Assembly (NCBI GenBank): GCA_043826355.1
Contig: JBDRQI010000009.1
Coordinates: forward strand, 1-64,000
DNA from: Candidatus Omnitrophota bacterium
Lineage (GTDB): Bacteria > Ratteibacteria > UBA8468 > MWAK01
Reading direction: 5' to 3'
Length of the DNA stretch: 64,000 bases
The first letter of the stretch is position 1, and each line of letters begins with the position of its first letter. A model generated the notes under the pieces. It was not told the DNA's origin. It did no database searches and saw only the letters and a program-made list of their open reading frames with translations. Positions 28,765 through 39,212 of this stretch are shown here, piece after piece. The position numbers were made by a program, and so were the translations under genes.

Positions 28765-29874
28765 TTATCCCCACTTGGCTCCTTCGTCCAGCATCGCCAG
28801 GTAATTTTCCACCGGGATGTAGTTTGCCACCGAGTTCCCGGTTCCCAGGGCATAGCCGCCGCCCGGCATGCACTCATCAAGGATTTTCCGGACGTAGGTA
28901 CGCAGGTCTGCTTCGTTGAAAATACAGAGTTTATTTACGTCCACCCCGCCCAGGACCGCAATCCGGTTTCCGTGCTTCCGCTTGAACTCGGCCACCGGCA
29001 CGATAGTGTCTTCAAAGGAGTGCTTGCCATCTATCCTCACGTCGGTGATAAGGTCTTCCATAATCGTTTCCAGGTTGCCGCAACTATGGAGGACATAGAG
29101 CAGGTTATTTTCGTGAGCGAGTTGCGCCAATTTTTTGTGCCAGGGAAGGATATACTTTCTTAAAACGTTCGGCGAAACCAGGGTTGCGGTTTTGAAGCCC
29201 ATATCGTCGCCCTGGACGAAACCGATTAAATTATTCAGCCCGAGCGCCTTCTGATAACAGGCGTAAATCAGCCCTCCCACCCTGTCCGTTACCGCTGCGA
29301 TGAGTTCCGGGTTATCGTAGATGAGATAACCCAGCGTCTCCAGTCCGAAGAGACTGTTGGCGATGACTTCGAAAATTCCCTGGGAAAAAGTGGCAAAGAT
29401 ACCCATTCCTTCCGGCAGGTTTTGGGCGATAAACTCAAAAGGCCAAAGGTTAAAATTATCCAGGGAAGGCCAGGGAAATTTTTCAAAATCCTCCCAGGAA
29501 GTTATTGCGCCCTTACCCTCTTCCACCCACTTTCTGGTTCCACGCGAGAGACCGGCGGTATCATCGGCGCTCCGGTTCTTTGAGGCAAAAGACAAAGAGG
29601 CGGAAAAACGGAAATCGGCGGTGAGCCGAAGGTAATCATAGCCCAGCCGGTGCCAGCAGCGGATGTTGTTCTTCAGGGACTTTTCCTGGGTTTCCCGGTC
29701 TTTCGCTTCGGCCGGTTCAACCCACTTGCCGCCGAAGAGGTTTTCCGTGAAGTACCTGACTATTTCCCGGTCAATGTGCAATTCAAATAAAGGCACCCGG
29801 GACGGAACTTTTTGCCTTAAAATGATTTTTTTAAACTCCTCCCTGTCCGGTTGCGGCTTCCTTAGTTCTATCAT
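28765..29874 (-). CDS. Uroporphyrinogen decarboxylase / MtaA-CmuA methyltransferase family protein
   Basis: GDDMGFK, ILPWHKKL, LHSCGNL, GGVD, GGYALGTGNS. Confidence 0.88.
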   Translation of the reverse strand: MIELRKPQPDREEFKKIILRQKVPSRVPLFELHIDREIVRYFTENLFGGKWVEPAEAKDRETQEKSLKNNIRCWHRLGYDYLRLTADFRFSASLSFASKNRSADDTAGLSRGTRKWVEEGKGAITSWEDFEKFPWPSLDNFNLWPFEFIAQNLPEGMGIFATFSQGIFEVIANSLFGLETLGYLIYDNPELIAAVTDRVGGLIYACYQKALGLNNLIGFVQGDDMGFKTATLVSPNVLRKYILPWHKKLAQLAHENNLLYVLHSCGNLETIMEDLITDVRIDGKHSFEDTIVPVAEFKRKHGNRIAVLGGVDVNKLCIFNEADLRTYVRKILDECMPGGGYALGTGNSVANYIPVENYLAMLDEGAKWG

Positions 29875-29967
29875 AACAGATATTTTATCACACGAAGGAT
29901 GTTTCCCGAAAAACTAACCGCTCCATTGAAAAAAAGTGTATAATAAGGATTACCAAACAATAAAAAC

Positions 29968-31827
29968 ATGAATAACTTTCTGCCTACCACGCCGGAAGAA
30001 GTCCGGGAACGAAACTGGGACGCGGTTGATGTTTTGCTTGTGTCCGGGGATGCCTACGTGGACCACCCGGCCTTTGGCGCCGCCTTAATCGGAAGAGTAC
30101 TGGAAGCGGCCGGTTACCGGGTAGCCATCCTGGCCCAGCCGGACTGGCACTCCAAAGAACCCTTTCTCGCTTTCGGCCGACCGCGCCTTTTTGTCGGAAT
30201 TACCGCCGGGTGCCTGGATTCCATGATGGCCCACTACACGGCCAGCGGCAACCGGCGAAAGGTGGACGCCTACTCGCCCGGGGGCGCAATTGATTTGCGT
30301 CCGAACCGCGCCGCCATCGTGTACGCTAACCGCGTCCGGGAGGCATTTCCGGGCATACCCATCGTCCTGGGCGGAATTGAAGCATCACTACGAAGGCTGG
30401 CACACTATGATTACTGGTCAGACCAGGTGCGGCGGTCAATCCTGCTGGATAGCCGGGCGGACTGGATTGCCTACGGAATGGCGGAACAAGCAGTCATTGA
30501 AATTGCCCGGCGTCTTGCCGCCGGTGAACCGGCCGCAACAATACACGACCTGGCCGGTACCCTCTGGATAACCTCAAACCCCTCCGAACTGCCGGAGGGA
30601 CACCTGATGCTGCCTTCCGAAGAAGAGACGATAGCGGATAAAAAAGTATTTACCGAATCATTCGGCCTCTGGTACTTAAACCAGAACCCCACCATTCCAG
30701 GAAGTCTTCAAGACTTTCGTTCCGGCCGGCCGATTGTCCAACCTTCCGCCAAAAGGTTCCTGGTCCAGATGCCCCCGGCTTTACCGCTGACAACCGCGGA
30801 ACTGGACCGCATCTACAGCCTGCCTTTTGCGCGGGCAAGCCACCCGATTTATAAACGAATGTCCGGCGTGCCGGCGCTTGCTTCCGTTGAAACCTCAATT
30901 ACCAGCCACCGTGGCTGCGGCGGCGGGTGCGCCTTCTGCACCCTGGCCAGCCACCAGGGCCGGATTGTGCAGAACCGGTCGTTGGACTCCATCCAGGAAG
31001 AGATGAAAAGAATCTCCCGGATGGACAATTTTCGCGGCACAATCAGCGATGTCGGCGGACCAACGGCAAACATGTACGGCGCTTCGTGCCGGCGCCCTTC
31101 CGGAGCGTGTAACCGCAACAGTTGCCTTTATCCAAAAATTTGCTCTTTCTTTAAATTTAACGGCGCCAAACACCTGGAAGCGCTCGCCTCCGGCCGAAAA
31201 ATAAGGGCCGTAAAACACGTTTTTGCAAGTACCGGCATCCGGCACGACCTGGCGCTGGCCGACCCGTGCCGGGAATACCTTCCGGAATTATGCCGGCACC
31301 ACGTCAGCGGACACCTGAAGGTCGCACCGGAACATATCAGCCGTCCGGTACTGGAAAAGATGCATAAACCGGACAACGAAACGTTCCAGATTTTCCGGGA
31401 TAGTTTTAAGAAATCGGCCCGGCAGGCCGGAAAAGAACTCTACCTGGTGCCTTATTTTATGTCCGGCCATCCCGGCTGCCAGGTGGAACATATGCGGGCT
31501 TTAAGGGAATATGTCCGGGGTTTCGGCCACTTCCTGGAACAGGTGCAGGACTTCACGCCTCTGCCGATGACCCTTTCCGGCTGTATGTATTGGACCGGGG
31601 TGGACCCCTTAACAGGCGCAGAGGTCTATTCGGCCAAAGGAAAGGAAAAAACGCTCCAGCGGATGCTTCTCCAGCCAAACGACCGGCGACACCCCCCCAC
31701 CTCACCTCCCCCACCAGGGGGGAGGAAAAAGGAGAAACGGGGGACCACCAAGAAGTTTGCGCGGCTGGAAAAATTAAAAACCAAATACAAAGCAAAGCGC
31801 AGAGTTACCGGCATCAAGAAGAAATAG
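29968..31827 (+). CDS. ygiQ: YgiQ family radical SAM protein
   Basis: GDAYVDHP, GGIEASLRR.AHYDYW, HRGCGGGCAFC, KVAPEH, QVQDFTP. Confidence 0.93.
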   Translation: MNNFLPTTPEEVRERNWDAVDVLLVSGDAYVDHPAFGAALIGRVLEAAGYRVAILAQPDWHSKEPFLAFGRPRLFVGITAGCLDSMMAHYTASGNRRKVDAYSPGGAIDLRPNRAAIVYANRVREAFPGIPIVLGGIEASLRRLAHYDYWSDQVRRSILLDSRADWIAYGMAEQAVIEIARRLAAGEPAATIHDLAGTLWITSNPSELPEGHLMLPSEEETIADKKVFTESFGLWYLNQNPTIPGSLQDFRSGRPIVQPSAKRFLVQMPPALPLTTAELDRIYSLPFARASHPIYKRMSGVPALASVETSITSHRGCGGGCAFCTLASHQGRIVQNRSLDSIQEEMKRISRMDNFRGTISDVGGPTANMYGASCRRPSGACNRNSCLYPKICSFFKFNGAKHLEALASGRKIRAVKHVFASTGIRHDLALADPCREYLPELCRHHVSGHLKVAPEHISRPVLEKMHKPDNETFQIFRDSFKKSARQAGKELYLVPYFMSGHPGCQVEHMRALREYVRGFGHFLEQVQDFTPLPMTLSGCMYWTGVDPLTGAEVYSAKGKEKTLQRMLLQPNDRRHPPTSPPPPGGRKKEKRGTTKKFARLEKLKTKYKAKRRVTGIKKK

Positions 31828-31830
31828 ATT

Positions 31831-32463
31831 ATGAAAAAGGGGTTTACTTTAGTTGAACTTTTAGTCGTAATTGCGATTATCGCAATTCTCGCCGCCCTGC
31901 TTCTTCCCGCTTTTTCCCGCGCGCGGGAAAAAGGCAGACAGGCTGTTTGCATAAACAATTTAAAACAACTGTACCTGGCCCTGGAACTATACGCAAACGC
32001 TTATAATGAAACCTATCCTCGCGCGGCCGGTACTATTGCTTGGGACGAGGTGGATGTTGACGACGGAACGTACGGATGGATGCAGCAGATTTTTCCTTAT
32101 GTGCAAAATAAAAAAATTTACAAGTGCCCCTCGGATAGAGATTCAGAATACAGTTATTTTCTCGGCGCCCGGGCCGCATACGTTGCAACCGGCGACCGCG
32201 CAAACATTCAGAGAAAGAGCATTCTCTATTCGAGCGCTTACGTTTTAGCGGGCGATACCATCGGGTGGAACTTTACCGACTGCGATAAAGATGATTACTC
32301 GCAAAATTGTGTGGGCGGACCGGCCAACGGCACTCCGTATGAGGATTGGAGGGTGCATACCGAAGGTCAAAATATCCTCTTTGCCGACGGACACTGCAAA
32401 TGGTATAAAGAGTATACCCCCTCGGAAATGACGTTCCGCTATGACAGCATGCATAGTTGGTAA
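31831..32463 (+). CDS. Prepilin-type DUF1559 / H-X9-DG protein
   Basis: [44 protein letters not shown]. Confidence 0.92.
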   Translation: MKKGFTLVELLVVIAIIAILAALLLPAFSRAREKGRQAVCINNLKQLYLALELYANAYNETYPRAAGTIAWDEVDVDDGTYGWMQQIFPYVQNKKIYKCPSDRDSEYSYFLGARAAYVATGDRANIQRKSILYSSAYVLAGDTIGWNFTDCDKDDYSQNCVGGPANGTPYEDWRVHTEGQNILFADGHCKWYKEYTPSEMTFRYDSMHSW

Positions 32464-32484
32464 GAGACGCAGAGAATAACATTA
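32422..32484 (+). repeat. 63-bp direct repeat, copy 1 (3' end of DUF1559 gene)
   Basis: TCGGAAATGACGTTCCGCTATGACAGCATGCATAGTTGGTAAGAGACGCAGAGAATAACATTA; 60/63 identical to 37620-37682. Confidence 0.95.
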
Positions 32485-32666
32485 GGTACTTGACGCAATA
32501 GACACATAGGAATAAAATGAGGATAAATAAAGCAGGGAATCAGTCTAAAATATTTCTTTTTGATGGGCAAAACGGAGGATTCCAAACAATGACTGGCTGG
32601 GGGGCGTGGCCGGAGTACTTGACTTTGAAAACTAAGATACCGAAACACAACGATTGGGCGGTAAAA

Positions 32667-35600
32667 ATGAGATGGCTAACCTTATTATCGTTTATAGTTC
32701 TATTGGTGGGAAAAAATCCACAACAAGCTGCGGCGAAAACATCTGTTTTTACCGCTGATTTCGAAGGCAACAACAGCTACAAGATTGATACGCCGATACA
32801 CGGCCAAAAAGAGTGGACCTCTCTCCCGGCAAACGATCCGAATATTCTCATTCGCGGTTCGTCTTACGGCGGAGGCTGGAATAGTCATGGCCAGTATCTG
32901 GTCGTAAACGGACGGGACCGTTTTGCCATTTTACCTGAGCTTAATACCGCAGCTTCCGGAAGCGTCAAAATCAGTTTGGACGTGCGGCCGGGTGATGCCG
33001 TCAAAGATGAAAGCAGCTGGGCCGCTCTGCTATATATCTATGATAATTACGGCTTGGGCATCGTCAGCGTAAAATTTCAAGGGTCAGACGTTCCCAACAC
33101 CGGACCGATTCAAGTGACAGATGGCGGTAATGACCATTACATTAATTCCGGGTTTACCTGGAAATATGTGGATAACAATTCACAGCATCATATTGATTTG
33201 GTAATTTATCAAACGCCCTTCGAAACATCCTTCGACGAACACGCTTGGGAGTTGAGCGTCGATGGCGGAAAACCGATTCTGGGAAGTTGGGGTGGTTTTT
33301 TTGGTTCGAAGGTTGGGTCGGGAACGGTGGAAAAAATTTCGCTTCGCGGCGGAGCCAACAATGCCCCCGGTGGTTTGGTCGCCTACGACAACCTCATCGT
33401 GGAGAAGGTTACGAAAGAGATTCCGGAAAACCTGTTGTCTTCGGTAAATCCGGAAATTTCATTTGCCAGAGTATCCCGGTTAATGGACTCGGCTTATTAT
33501 AACTCAGGAACAAGAGTGGATATTGCCCGGTTTGACCTGGAAGAACTCTCCCGGCAGGGAAAACCGGCTCCTTTCGAAATCATACGGAAAACCGTTGCTG
33601 CTGACAAAGCCCTGCGCCAACAGTGGTTAGATTTGGAAGCGAAGCGTAAGTCCATTGATGCTGAAATTCGTCTTATACCCACAACTAAAAGCGCTCATCG
33701 GTTAAGAATTGAAAATTTGAGCGCGGGAACTTCCGGAGAATCGGAGTGGTTTGGATTGCGCTATGCTGCCCTTCTTTTGCCGAACGGCGATAAAGTAAAA
33801 ATTGAGGCGTCAAAGTTTAATGGAGGCGCCTACAATGCAGGTTATTCGTACCAATGCGAGTTTTCGCCGGCCGCTTTTGTATATGGTCAACGTTCCAGAA
33901 CGCATACCATGCAAGCAGGATTTGATCTGCCGGCTCAGGCCGGTCTGGGAACCGTTTTGCTAATATCAGGAATTGACGACGACAAACCCGGCCAGACGCC
34001 AATCCGCATTCTTTTGGACGGCGTAACGCTCTTCGAAGGTAAAAATGATTTTGCGGAAGTTGGCTGGTCTGAAAAAAGCTACCCCATACCTGTCCGGGTG
34101 TGGCAGGCAGGCCCGCCGTCAGGAATACAGGAAGAGGTGTTTCCCCGGCTGACGGAATGGAAAAGGGATGTCAAGACGTTTGAGAAATGGAGCCGGGAAC
34201 AGGCCGATAACATTGATACCATAACACAGCCTCTCCGCCGAAAACTGGTTTGGAAAAAACGAGATTTTGCCCAGGACTGGTGGAGGCATGGATTTATGCG
34301 GGGAATCTGTTTTGAATCTGACGCATCATCCCCGCCGAATGAAAGGGGCCGGCCCTGGTTTGCCGACAATTTTGAGTATGTAGTAAAAGCTTTTGACTCG
34401 GCCCGGGTAAATATGGTCTATACTTATTTCCCTTCAGGTAGTCCCGATTTCTTTGCCTTTAGGTTAGAAAACGAAAAAATTGGCACCCCGATGGTTAAGT
34501 CCACCTTTGACCTGTCACCAAGCAAGCCCGTTGCCCGGGGCGGAAAAGAGCTTGGTTACTTTTTGGACGCCCAGACCGCTGCGCGTGACTTGGCAGAGAA
34601 CTATATTCAAAAACAGAGTCCGGGAGAAACAACTCTTCGCGGCATTGCCTTAGACGAGCCCATTATTCCGAATGATAATGCGGAAATTGATGAGAAATTA
34701 GCCAAGGTTCCCGAAGTTCTACAAGCCTGGTATGCCTATTTGAATACGAGAAAAAGCAGGCTGGGCAAAACAGGCATAGATAATCTTTCCCAGCCGAAAC
34801 CGGTCTTGAAAGTAGAGACTGATGCGGACCGGGTATTATGGATGGAATGGCAGTATTTTAAAATGGATTTTTTCACCGATTTTTATGCTGAGTTATTTCA
34901 CCGACTGGAGGATAAAGGTCAATTGCTTTTTATACTCGTTCAAGATTTTCTTCGGCAAAACCCGCAAGCCGCAGCTTATCCATATTATGGAGCCAAACTT
35001 CCTATCATTGCGACCGACCTTTATAATAATGCCTGGGTGCGCGAGGCTTATGTTATGGATCTTTTGCGCTCAGTTTCCAAAGGCAAGGCTATTCTGGTCC
35101 CCGGGTCGGGATATTCCGCTCACACGCCTGACCGCTTCCATCGCACTCTGGCCAACAGCATGCTCAGGGCCGACGGGGTGCTTCAATGGATTCATTGCTA
35201 CGCTTCGAAATATCGCGCTCGTATGTTTTTTGCTAAACCCTACATGAAAGACAACCGGGGCCGGGAAGCGCTTGACAACTGGGACCCGGAATACTGGGAA
35301 ATTCAAAAATCGGTATTTCAGGACATGGAAAAGGCTGAGCCATATCTGAGTGATACTCAACCAACAGCCAAGGTCGCCGTCCTGTACAGCATGCGGTCGG
35401 TTATCGCAGAAAGCGCCACTACCGGATATTGGGGTTGCATTATCGATTCCAGCTGTTGTATGGTTTACAACGCGCTAATCAATTGGCACCGCTCGATTGA
35501 GGCCTGCATGGTCGAGGGACTTACACCCGAAAAACTCAAGCGATATCGGGTGTTGTTCCTTATCAATGCCCCGACGCTTACTTTGGAAGAATGCGCTTTG

Positions 35601-36311
35601 TTGAGGAATTGGATAAGCGATGGAGGCACACTGGTTGTTGGCGGCGAAACGTCTTTGCAGGATGAGTGGGGGCGAGCACAACCTGATTATGCGCTGGCTG
35701 ATGTTTTCGGACTGCATTTTGCGGGGAGGAAAAAGGGGGAGTCTTTGTTTTCAACCGAATCCTTAGTTGATAAGGGCAAGTACAACGTTGAGTATGATAC
35801 AAACCTTAGCTACGCAAAAGTTGTTCCGGAAAGGGCTGCTGTCTTGGCCACCTGGGGAAACGGTGATCCGGCCCTGTTGGTTAATCCTGTAGGCCGTGGC
35901 CGTGTCTATTTTATAACTGCCTGCCGGCCGGATGTTTATTCGGTTACCAGCAAAGTCAAGAGCGGTTTATATCCCGAAAGCCGGCCCGGTTTTCCGTTGT
36001 TGTTCCGCGAAATCGCATCAAGATATTCGGGAGAAATGCCGGTTGATATCTTGGGGGCGCCAACGGACCTGGAGGTCAATGTCCGGCAAAAGGGAAAAAC
36101 ATTGATTATACATATGCTCGACTGGCAGGAAGACAGAACCGTAAATGATTTGCGTCTAAAATGCAATCTTCCCGGTAACTGGAAATTGTTCTATCCGATG
36201 GTTGGCCGTTCGGGCGAGACAGTCAAAATGGGAGAAGAAATTTCTCTTGGTCCCGTACGCATTCATGAAATGGTCGTTCTGGAACAGACAGATACGAACC
36301 CAAAAAAATAG
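32667..36311 (+). CDS. Large secreted glycoside hydrolase-like protein with a GH42-type trimerisation domain
   Basis: Signal peptide from ATG 32667 (MRWLTLLSFIVLLVG...AAA); IALDEP; AKVAVLYS, YRVLFL, WISDGGTLV, DEWGR, LADVFG, GRGRVYFI. Confidence 0.7.
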   Translation: MRWLTLLSFIVLLVGKNPQQAAAKTSVFTADFEGNNSYKIDTPIHGQKEWTSLPANDPNILIRGSSYGGGWNSHGQYLVVNGRDRFAILPELNTAASGSVKISLDVRPGDAVKDESSWAALLYIYDNYGLGIVSVKFQGSDVPNTGPIQVTDGGNDHYINSGFTWKYVDNNSQHHIDLVIYQTPFETSFDEHAWELSVDGGKPILGSWGGFFGSKVGSGTVEKISLRGGANNAPGGLVAYDNLIVEKVTKEIPENLLSSVNPEISFARVSRLMDSAYYNSGTRVDIARFDLEELSRQGKPAPFEIIRKTVAADKALRQQWLDLEAKRKSIDAEIRLIPTTKSAHRLRIENLSAGTSGESEWFGLRYAALLLPNGDKVKIEASKFNGGAYNAGYSYQCEFSPAAFVYGQRSRTHTMQAGFDLPAQAGLGTVLLISGIDDDKPGQTPIRILLDGVTLFEGKNDFAEVGWSEKSYPIPVRVWQAGPPSGIQEEVFPRLTEWKRDVKTFEKWSREQADNIDTITQPLRRKLVWKKRDFAQDWWRHGFMRGICFESDASSPPNERGRPWFADNFEYVVKAFDSARVNMVYTYFPSGSPDFFAFRLENEKIGTPMVKSTFDLSPSKPVARGGKELGYFLDAQTAARDLAENYIQKQSPGETTLRGIALDEPIIPNDNAEIDEKLAKVPEVLQAWYAYLNTRKSRLGKTGIDNLSQPKPVLKVETDADRVLWMEWQYFKMDFFTDFYAELFHRLEDKGQLLFILVQDFLRQNPQAAAYPYYGAKLPIIATDLYNNAWVREAYVMDLLRSVSKGKAILVPGSGYSAHTPDRFHRTLANSMLRADGVLQWIHCYASKYRARMFFAKPYMKDNRGREALDNWDPEYWEIQKSVFQDMEKAEPYLSDTQPTAKVAVLYSMRSVIAESATTGYWGCIIDSSCCMVYNALINWHRSIEACMVEGLTPEKLKRYRVLFLINAPTLTLEECALLRNWISDGGTLVVGGETSLQDEWGRAQPDYALADVFGLHFAGRKKGESLFSTESLVDKGKYNVEYDTNLSYAKVVPERAAVLATWGNGDPALLVNPVGRGRVYFITACRPDVYSVTSKVKSGLYPESRPGFPLLFREIASRYSGEMPVDILGAPTDLEVNVRQKGKTLIIHMLDWQEDRTVNDLRLKCNLPGNWKLFYPMVGRSGETVKMGEEISLGPVRIHEMVVLEQTDTNPKK

Positions 36312-36341
36312 TAGTTCAAACAAGTTGCAGTATTTATCGAG

Positions 36342-37601
36342 ATGAAACTCACCGGACCGGAAAAGAGACTGTTTGAAGCGTTATGCCGGATGGAAATTAT
36401 TGACTGCCACGAGCACATTCGTCCGGAAAAGACACGGCTGGCGTTAGACGTGGACATCTTCACCCTTTTTTCTCATTATACCCACCAGGATTTATTAAGG
36501 GCGGGCATGAAAGAAAGCGCGTACGCAAGTCTTTTCAACGCGGAAACGCCTCTGGAAAAGCGGTGGAAGATGTTCGCGCCCTATTGGAAAAAAATTCGTT
36601 ATACCTCCTTTGCAAAATCAGTTATTCTAACCGTTGAGAAATTCTTCGGTTTCAGCGATATTACGGAAAAAAATTACCGGAAAATTTCCGAATTGATTAA
36701 AGCCGGAAATAAACCGGGGCTTTACCAAAGAATCCTGCGGAAGGCCTGCAAAATAAGAACCGCCCTTACCCAGTTTGACGGAACAAATACCGGAACAACC
36801 CTGCTCACGCCGGTTATGCCGTTGTTTTATGAAATAGGCGAACGGAAAGATATCTCCGGGCCGGCATTTGCTCCCGGCGCCACCATCAAATCCCTGGACG
36901 GATATCTGGACGCCGGACGAAAACATATCTTAAAGATTAAAGCGGAAGGAACCGTAGGTTTGAAAATGGCGTCATCTTCCTGCGGTACGCCGGACCGTAA
37001 GGAAGCAGAAGCAACGTTTAAAAAACTGATGGCTGGAACCATGAAAACTCTTCATGCGGCCAACTGGCCGTTTCTCTTGAATTCCAATCCGTTGAAAGAT
37101 TACGTTGTGGACGAAACCATTAAATTCGCCGGAGAGCAGGACCTGGTCGTCGCGGTTCACACCGGCTACTGGGGTGACTTCCGGAGTTTGGACCCGCTCC
37201 ACATGATACCGATTCTGATACGGCACCCTGACGTCCGGTTTGACATCTATCACGTCGGCTACCCCTGGGTTCGGGAAACGCTGATGCTGGGCAAAGGCTT
37301 CTCCAACGTCTGGCTTAACTTCTGCTGGACTCACATAATTTCGCAAAGGTTTGCCGTCGCTGCCCTGGACGAAGCGATTGACCTTCTCCCCACCAACAAA
37401 ATTCTTGCTTTCGGCGGTGATTACGGCACGCCGGTGGAAAAGGTCTACGGGCACCTGACCATGGCGCGGGAAGATATCGCAAAGGTTCTAGCCAGGAGGG
37501 TCCAGGAAAGGCAAATGAGCGAAGACCAGGCAATCGATTTGGCCCATAAGTGGTTATGGGATAACCCCAGAGAGCTCTACCAATTAAAACTTACGCACTA
37601 A
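36342..37601 (+). CDS. Amidohydrolase superfamily protein (uronate isomerase-like)
   Basis: IIDCHEH, AVHTG, YHVGYP, NKILAFGGDY. Confidence 0.85.
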   Translation: MKLTGPEKRLFEALCRMEIIDCHEHIRPEKTRLALDVDIFTLFSHYTHQDLLRAGMKESAYASLFNAETPLEKRWKMFAPYWKKIRYTSFAKSVILTVEKFFGFSDITEKNYRKISELIKAGNKPGLYQRILRKACKIRTALTQFDGTNTGTTLLTPVMPLFYEIGERKDISGPAFAPGATIKSLDGYLDAGRKHILKIKAEGTVGLKMASSSCGTPDRKEAEATFKKLMAGTMKTLHAANWPFLLNSNPLKDYVVDETIKFAGEQDLVVAVHTGYWGDFRSLDPLHMIPILIRHPDVRFDIYHVGYPWVRETLMLGKGFSNVWLNFCWTHIISQRFAVAALDEAIDLLPTNKILAFGGDYGTPVEKVYGHLTMAREDIAKVLARRVQERQMSEDQAIDLAHKWLWDNPRELYQLKLTH

Positions 37602-37619
37602 TATATGTTCCTAAGCTAA

Positions 37620-37682
37620 TCGGAAATGACGTTCCGGTATGACAGCATGCATAGTTGGTAAGAGACGCAGAAAACAACATTA
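37620..37682 (+). repeat. 63-bp direct repeat, copy 2 (non-coding)
   Basis: TCGGAAATGACGTTCCGGTATGACAGCATGCATAGTTGGTAAGAGACGCAGAAAACAACATTA. Confidence 0.95.
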
Positions 37683-37697
37683 TTGCAAGCGTCCAAT

Positions 37698-37740
37698 AAA
37701 AAAAGCCCCAAACCATTAAAAAATGGCCGGGGCTTTCTTT
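37698..37740. terminator. Bidirectional intrinsic terminator closing the 23S transcript and the + strand cassette
   Basis: A7-GCCCC-AA-ACCATT...AATGG-CC-GGGGC-TTTCTTT. Confidence 0.75.
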
Positions 37741-37999
37741 ATTAACCCGTCATTTGACAAATTGTTCCGTAGCCAAGCCACACGGCCTATTAGTACCGGT
37801 TGGCTCAATTCCTTGCGGAACTTACACCTCCGGCCTATCTACAAGTAATCTTCTTGAGGCCTTTAGTCTTTCAATCTTGCGACTGAGAGAGGGAGATCTC
37901 ATCTTGGGGTCGGCTTCGCACTTAGATGCTTTCAGCGCTTATCCGGTCCGAACATGGCTACCCAGCGATTGCTCCTGTCGGAACAACTGGAACACCAGT

Positions 38000-38035
<36 letters not shown>

Positions 38036-38135
38036 CTCCCCTTCAAATCTCCAACGCCCGCAACAGATAGAGACCGAACTGTCTTGCGACGTTCTAAACC
38101 CAGCTCACGTACCGCTTTAATGGGCGAACAGACCA

Positions 38136-38167
<32 letters not shown>

Positions 38168-38181
38168 GTGAGCCGACATCG

Positions 38182-38986
38182 CACGTTTGTCCATCGTTTC
38201 CGATGGCGTAGACTATATCTTCACCTTGGTGAATCTCGTATTTCACCGAAGGGCCGGCGTGTGATAGCAACCACAAATTTTTTCAGGAAATTGCTATCTC
38301 ATCCTTTCGGAATCAGTCGTTACGGGGTCAAAACGGAAATTTATATTGGAACAGCGGTAATGTGTGAGGAAAAACAATTTCTTTGAATAAAGAAACGCTT
38401 TCTACGGCGATTCTTATTCTGAGATAACTCTTGTCTCGATTCAAAGTTGATTTTATCCCCCACTGCTCTCCCAAGAAGTTCATCAGCCTTTCTTGTGAAG
38501 TAACGTTGAATTCTTGAGAATTCAAGTACAACGCCCTATAACTTTTGCATCCGTCATCCATAAACCACACCGCGAGCATCAAAGGGTCCAACACCAGCAT
38601 TTCAGGTATAATCTTATGTCTGCCGTCATAAAAACGATTGTAAATCGTTGTTAATTCCGGCAAGCTGCGTGTCGTAAACCGGTAAGCAATTCTTTTACCG
38701 TTTCCTTTTCTTGCTTTTGGCGGGGTTATCACAAGATTTGCCAAATGACGATGCTTCCAGTCAACATAGAACTTCTGCTTTATCGAGTGATTGATTTCCA
38801 AAAGGGCGTTGACTTTGCACCGCATCGCTCCATCTCCGAGTAAACTACCAATAATGATGGAACGTTGTATTTCCGTCAGACTTCCCACGGTATTACCCTC
38901 GGACCTGCACTTTGCAGCCGTTAGGGCTTCACCGTTATAAGCCGATGCTTGCAATGACATTTCTGCCATTTCACCCCACTTTTTTG
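38182..38986 (-). mobile_element. Group I intron at about E. coli 23S position 2500 (805 nt) with homing endonuclease
   Basis: Removal restores GGCACCU|CGAUGUCGGCUC; U before the 5' site pairs with IGS GGGGUG; terminal G; P7 elements CGUAACGACUG and AAGAUAUAGUC. Confidence 0.93.
38328..38888 (-). CDS. Intron-encoded double-motif LAGLIDADG homing endonuclease (LAGLIDADG_2 / I-SceI-like)
   Basis: [10 protein letters not shown] and LAVWFMDDG motifs; likely GTG start 38888 after GAGGG (frame open from ATG 38969); lies between the Q and R core elements. Confidence 0.9.
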   Translation of the reverse strand: MGSLTEIQRSIIIGSLLGDGAMRCKVNALLEINHSIKQKFYVDWKHRHLANLVITPPKARKGNGKRIAYRFTTRSLPELTTIYNRFYDGRHKIIPEMLVLDPLMLAVWFMDDGCKSYRALYLNSQEFNVTSQERLMNFLGEQWGIKSTLNRDKSYLRIRIAVESVSLFKEIVFPHTLPLFQYKFPF

Positions 38987-39061
38987 AGGTGCCAAACCAC
39001 GTCGTCGATATGAACTCTTGGACGTGATAAGCCTGTTATCCCCAGAGTACCTTTTATTCGA

Positions 39062-39102
<41 letters not shown>

Positions 39103-39212
39103 CCCGGCTTTCGCCTCTGCTCGAGATGTCTCTCTCGCAGTCAAGCCACCTTATGCCTTTACACTCAACAGCCGATTGCCAACCGGCCTGAGGTGACTTT
39201 TGGGCGCCTCCG

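Noticed and set aside
32517..32666. N-terminal 50 aa of the 1264-aa ORF
   Set aside because: A signal peptide begins at ATG 32667; the upstream stretch is probably untranslated.
32422..37682. 63-bp repeat pair as a DGR template/variable region
   Set aside because: Only one of three mismatches involves an adenine, two lie outside the coding part, and no reverse transcriptase is in the window.
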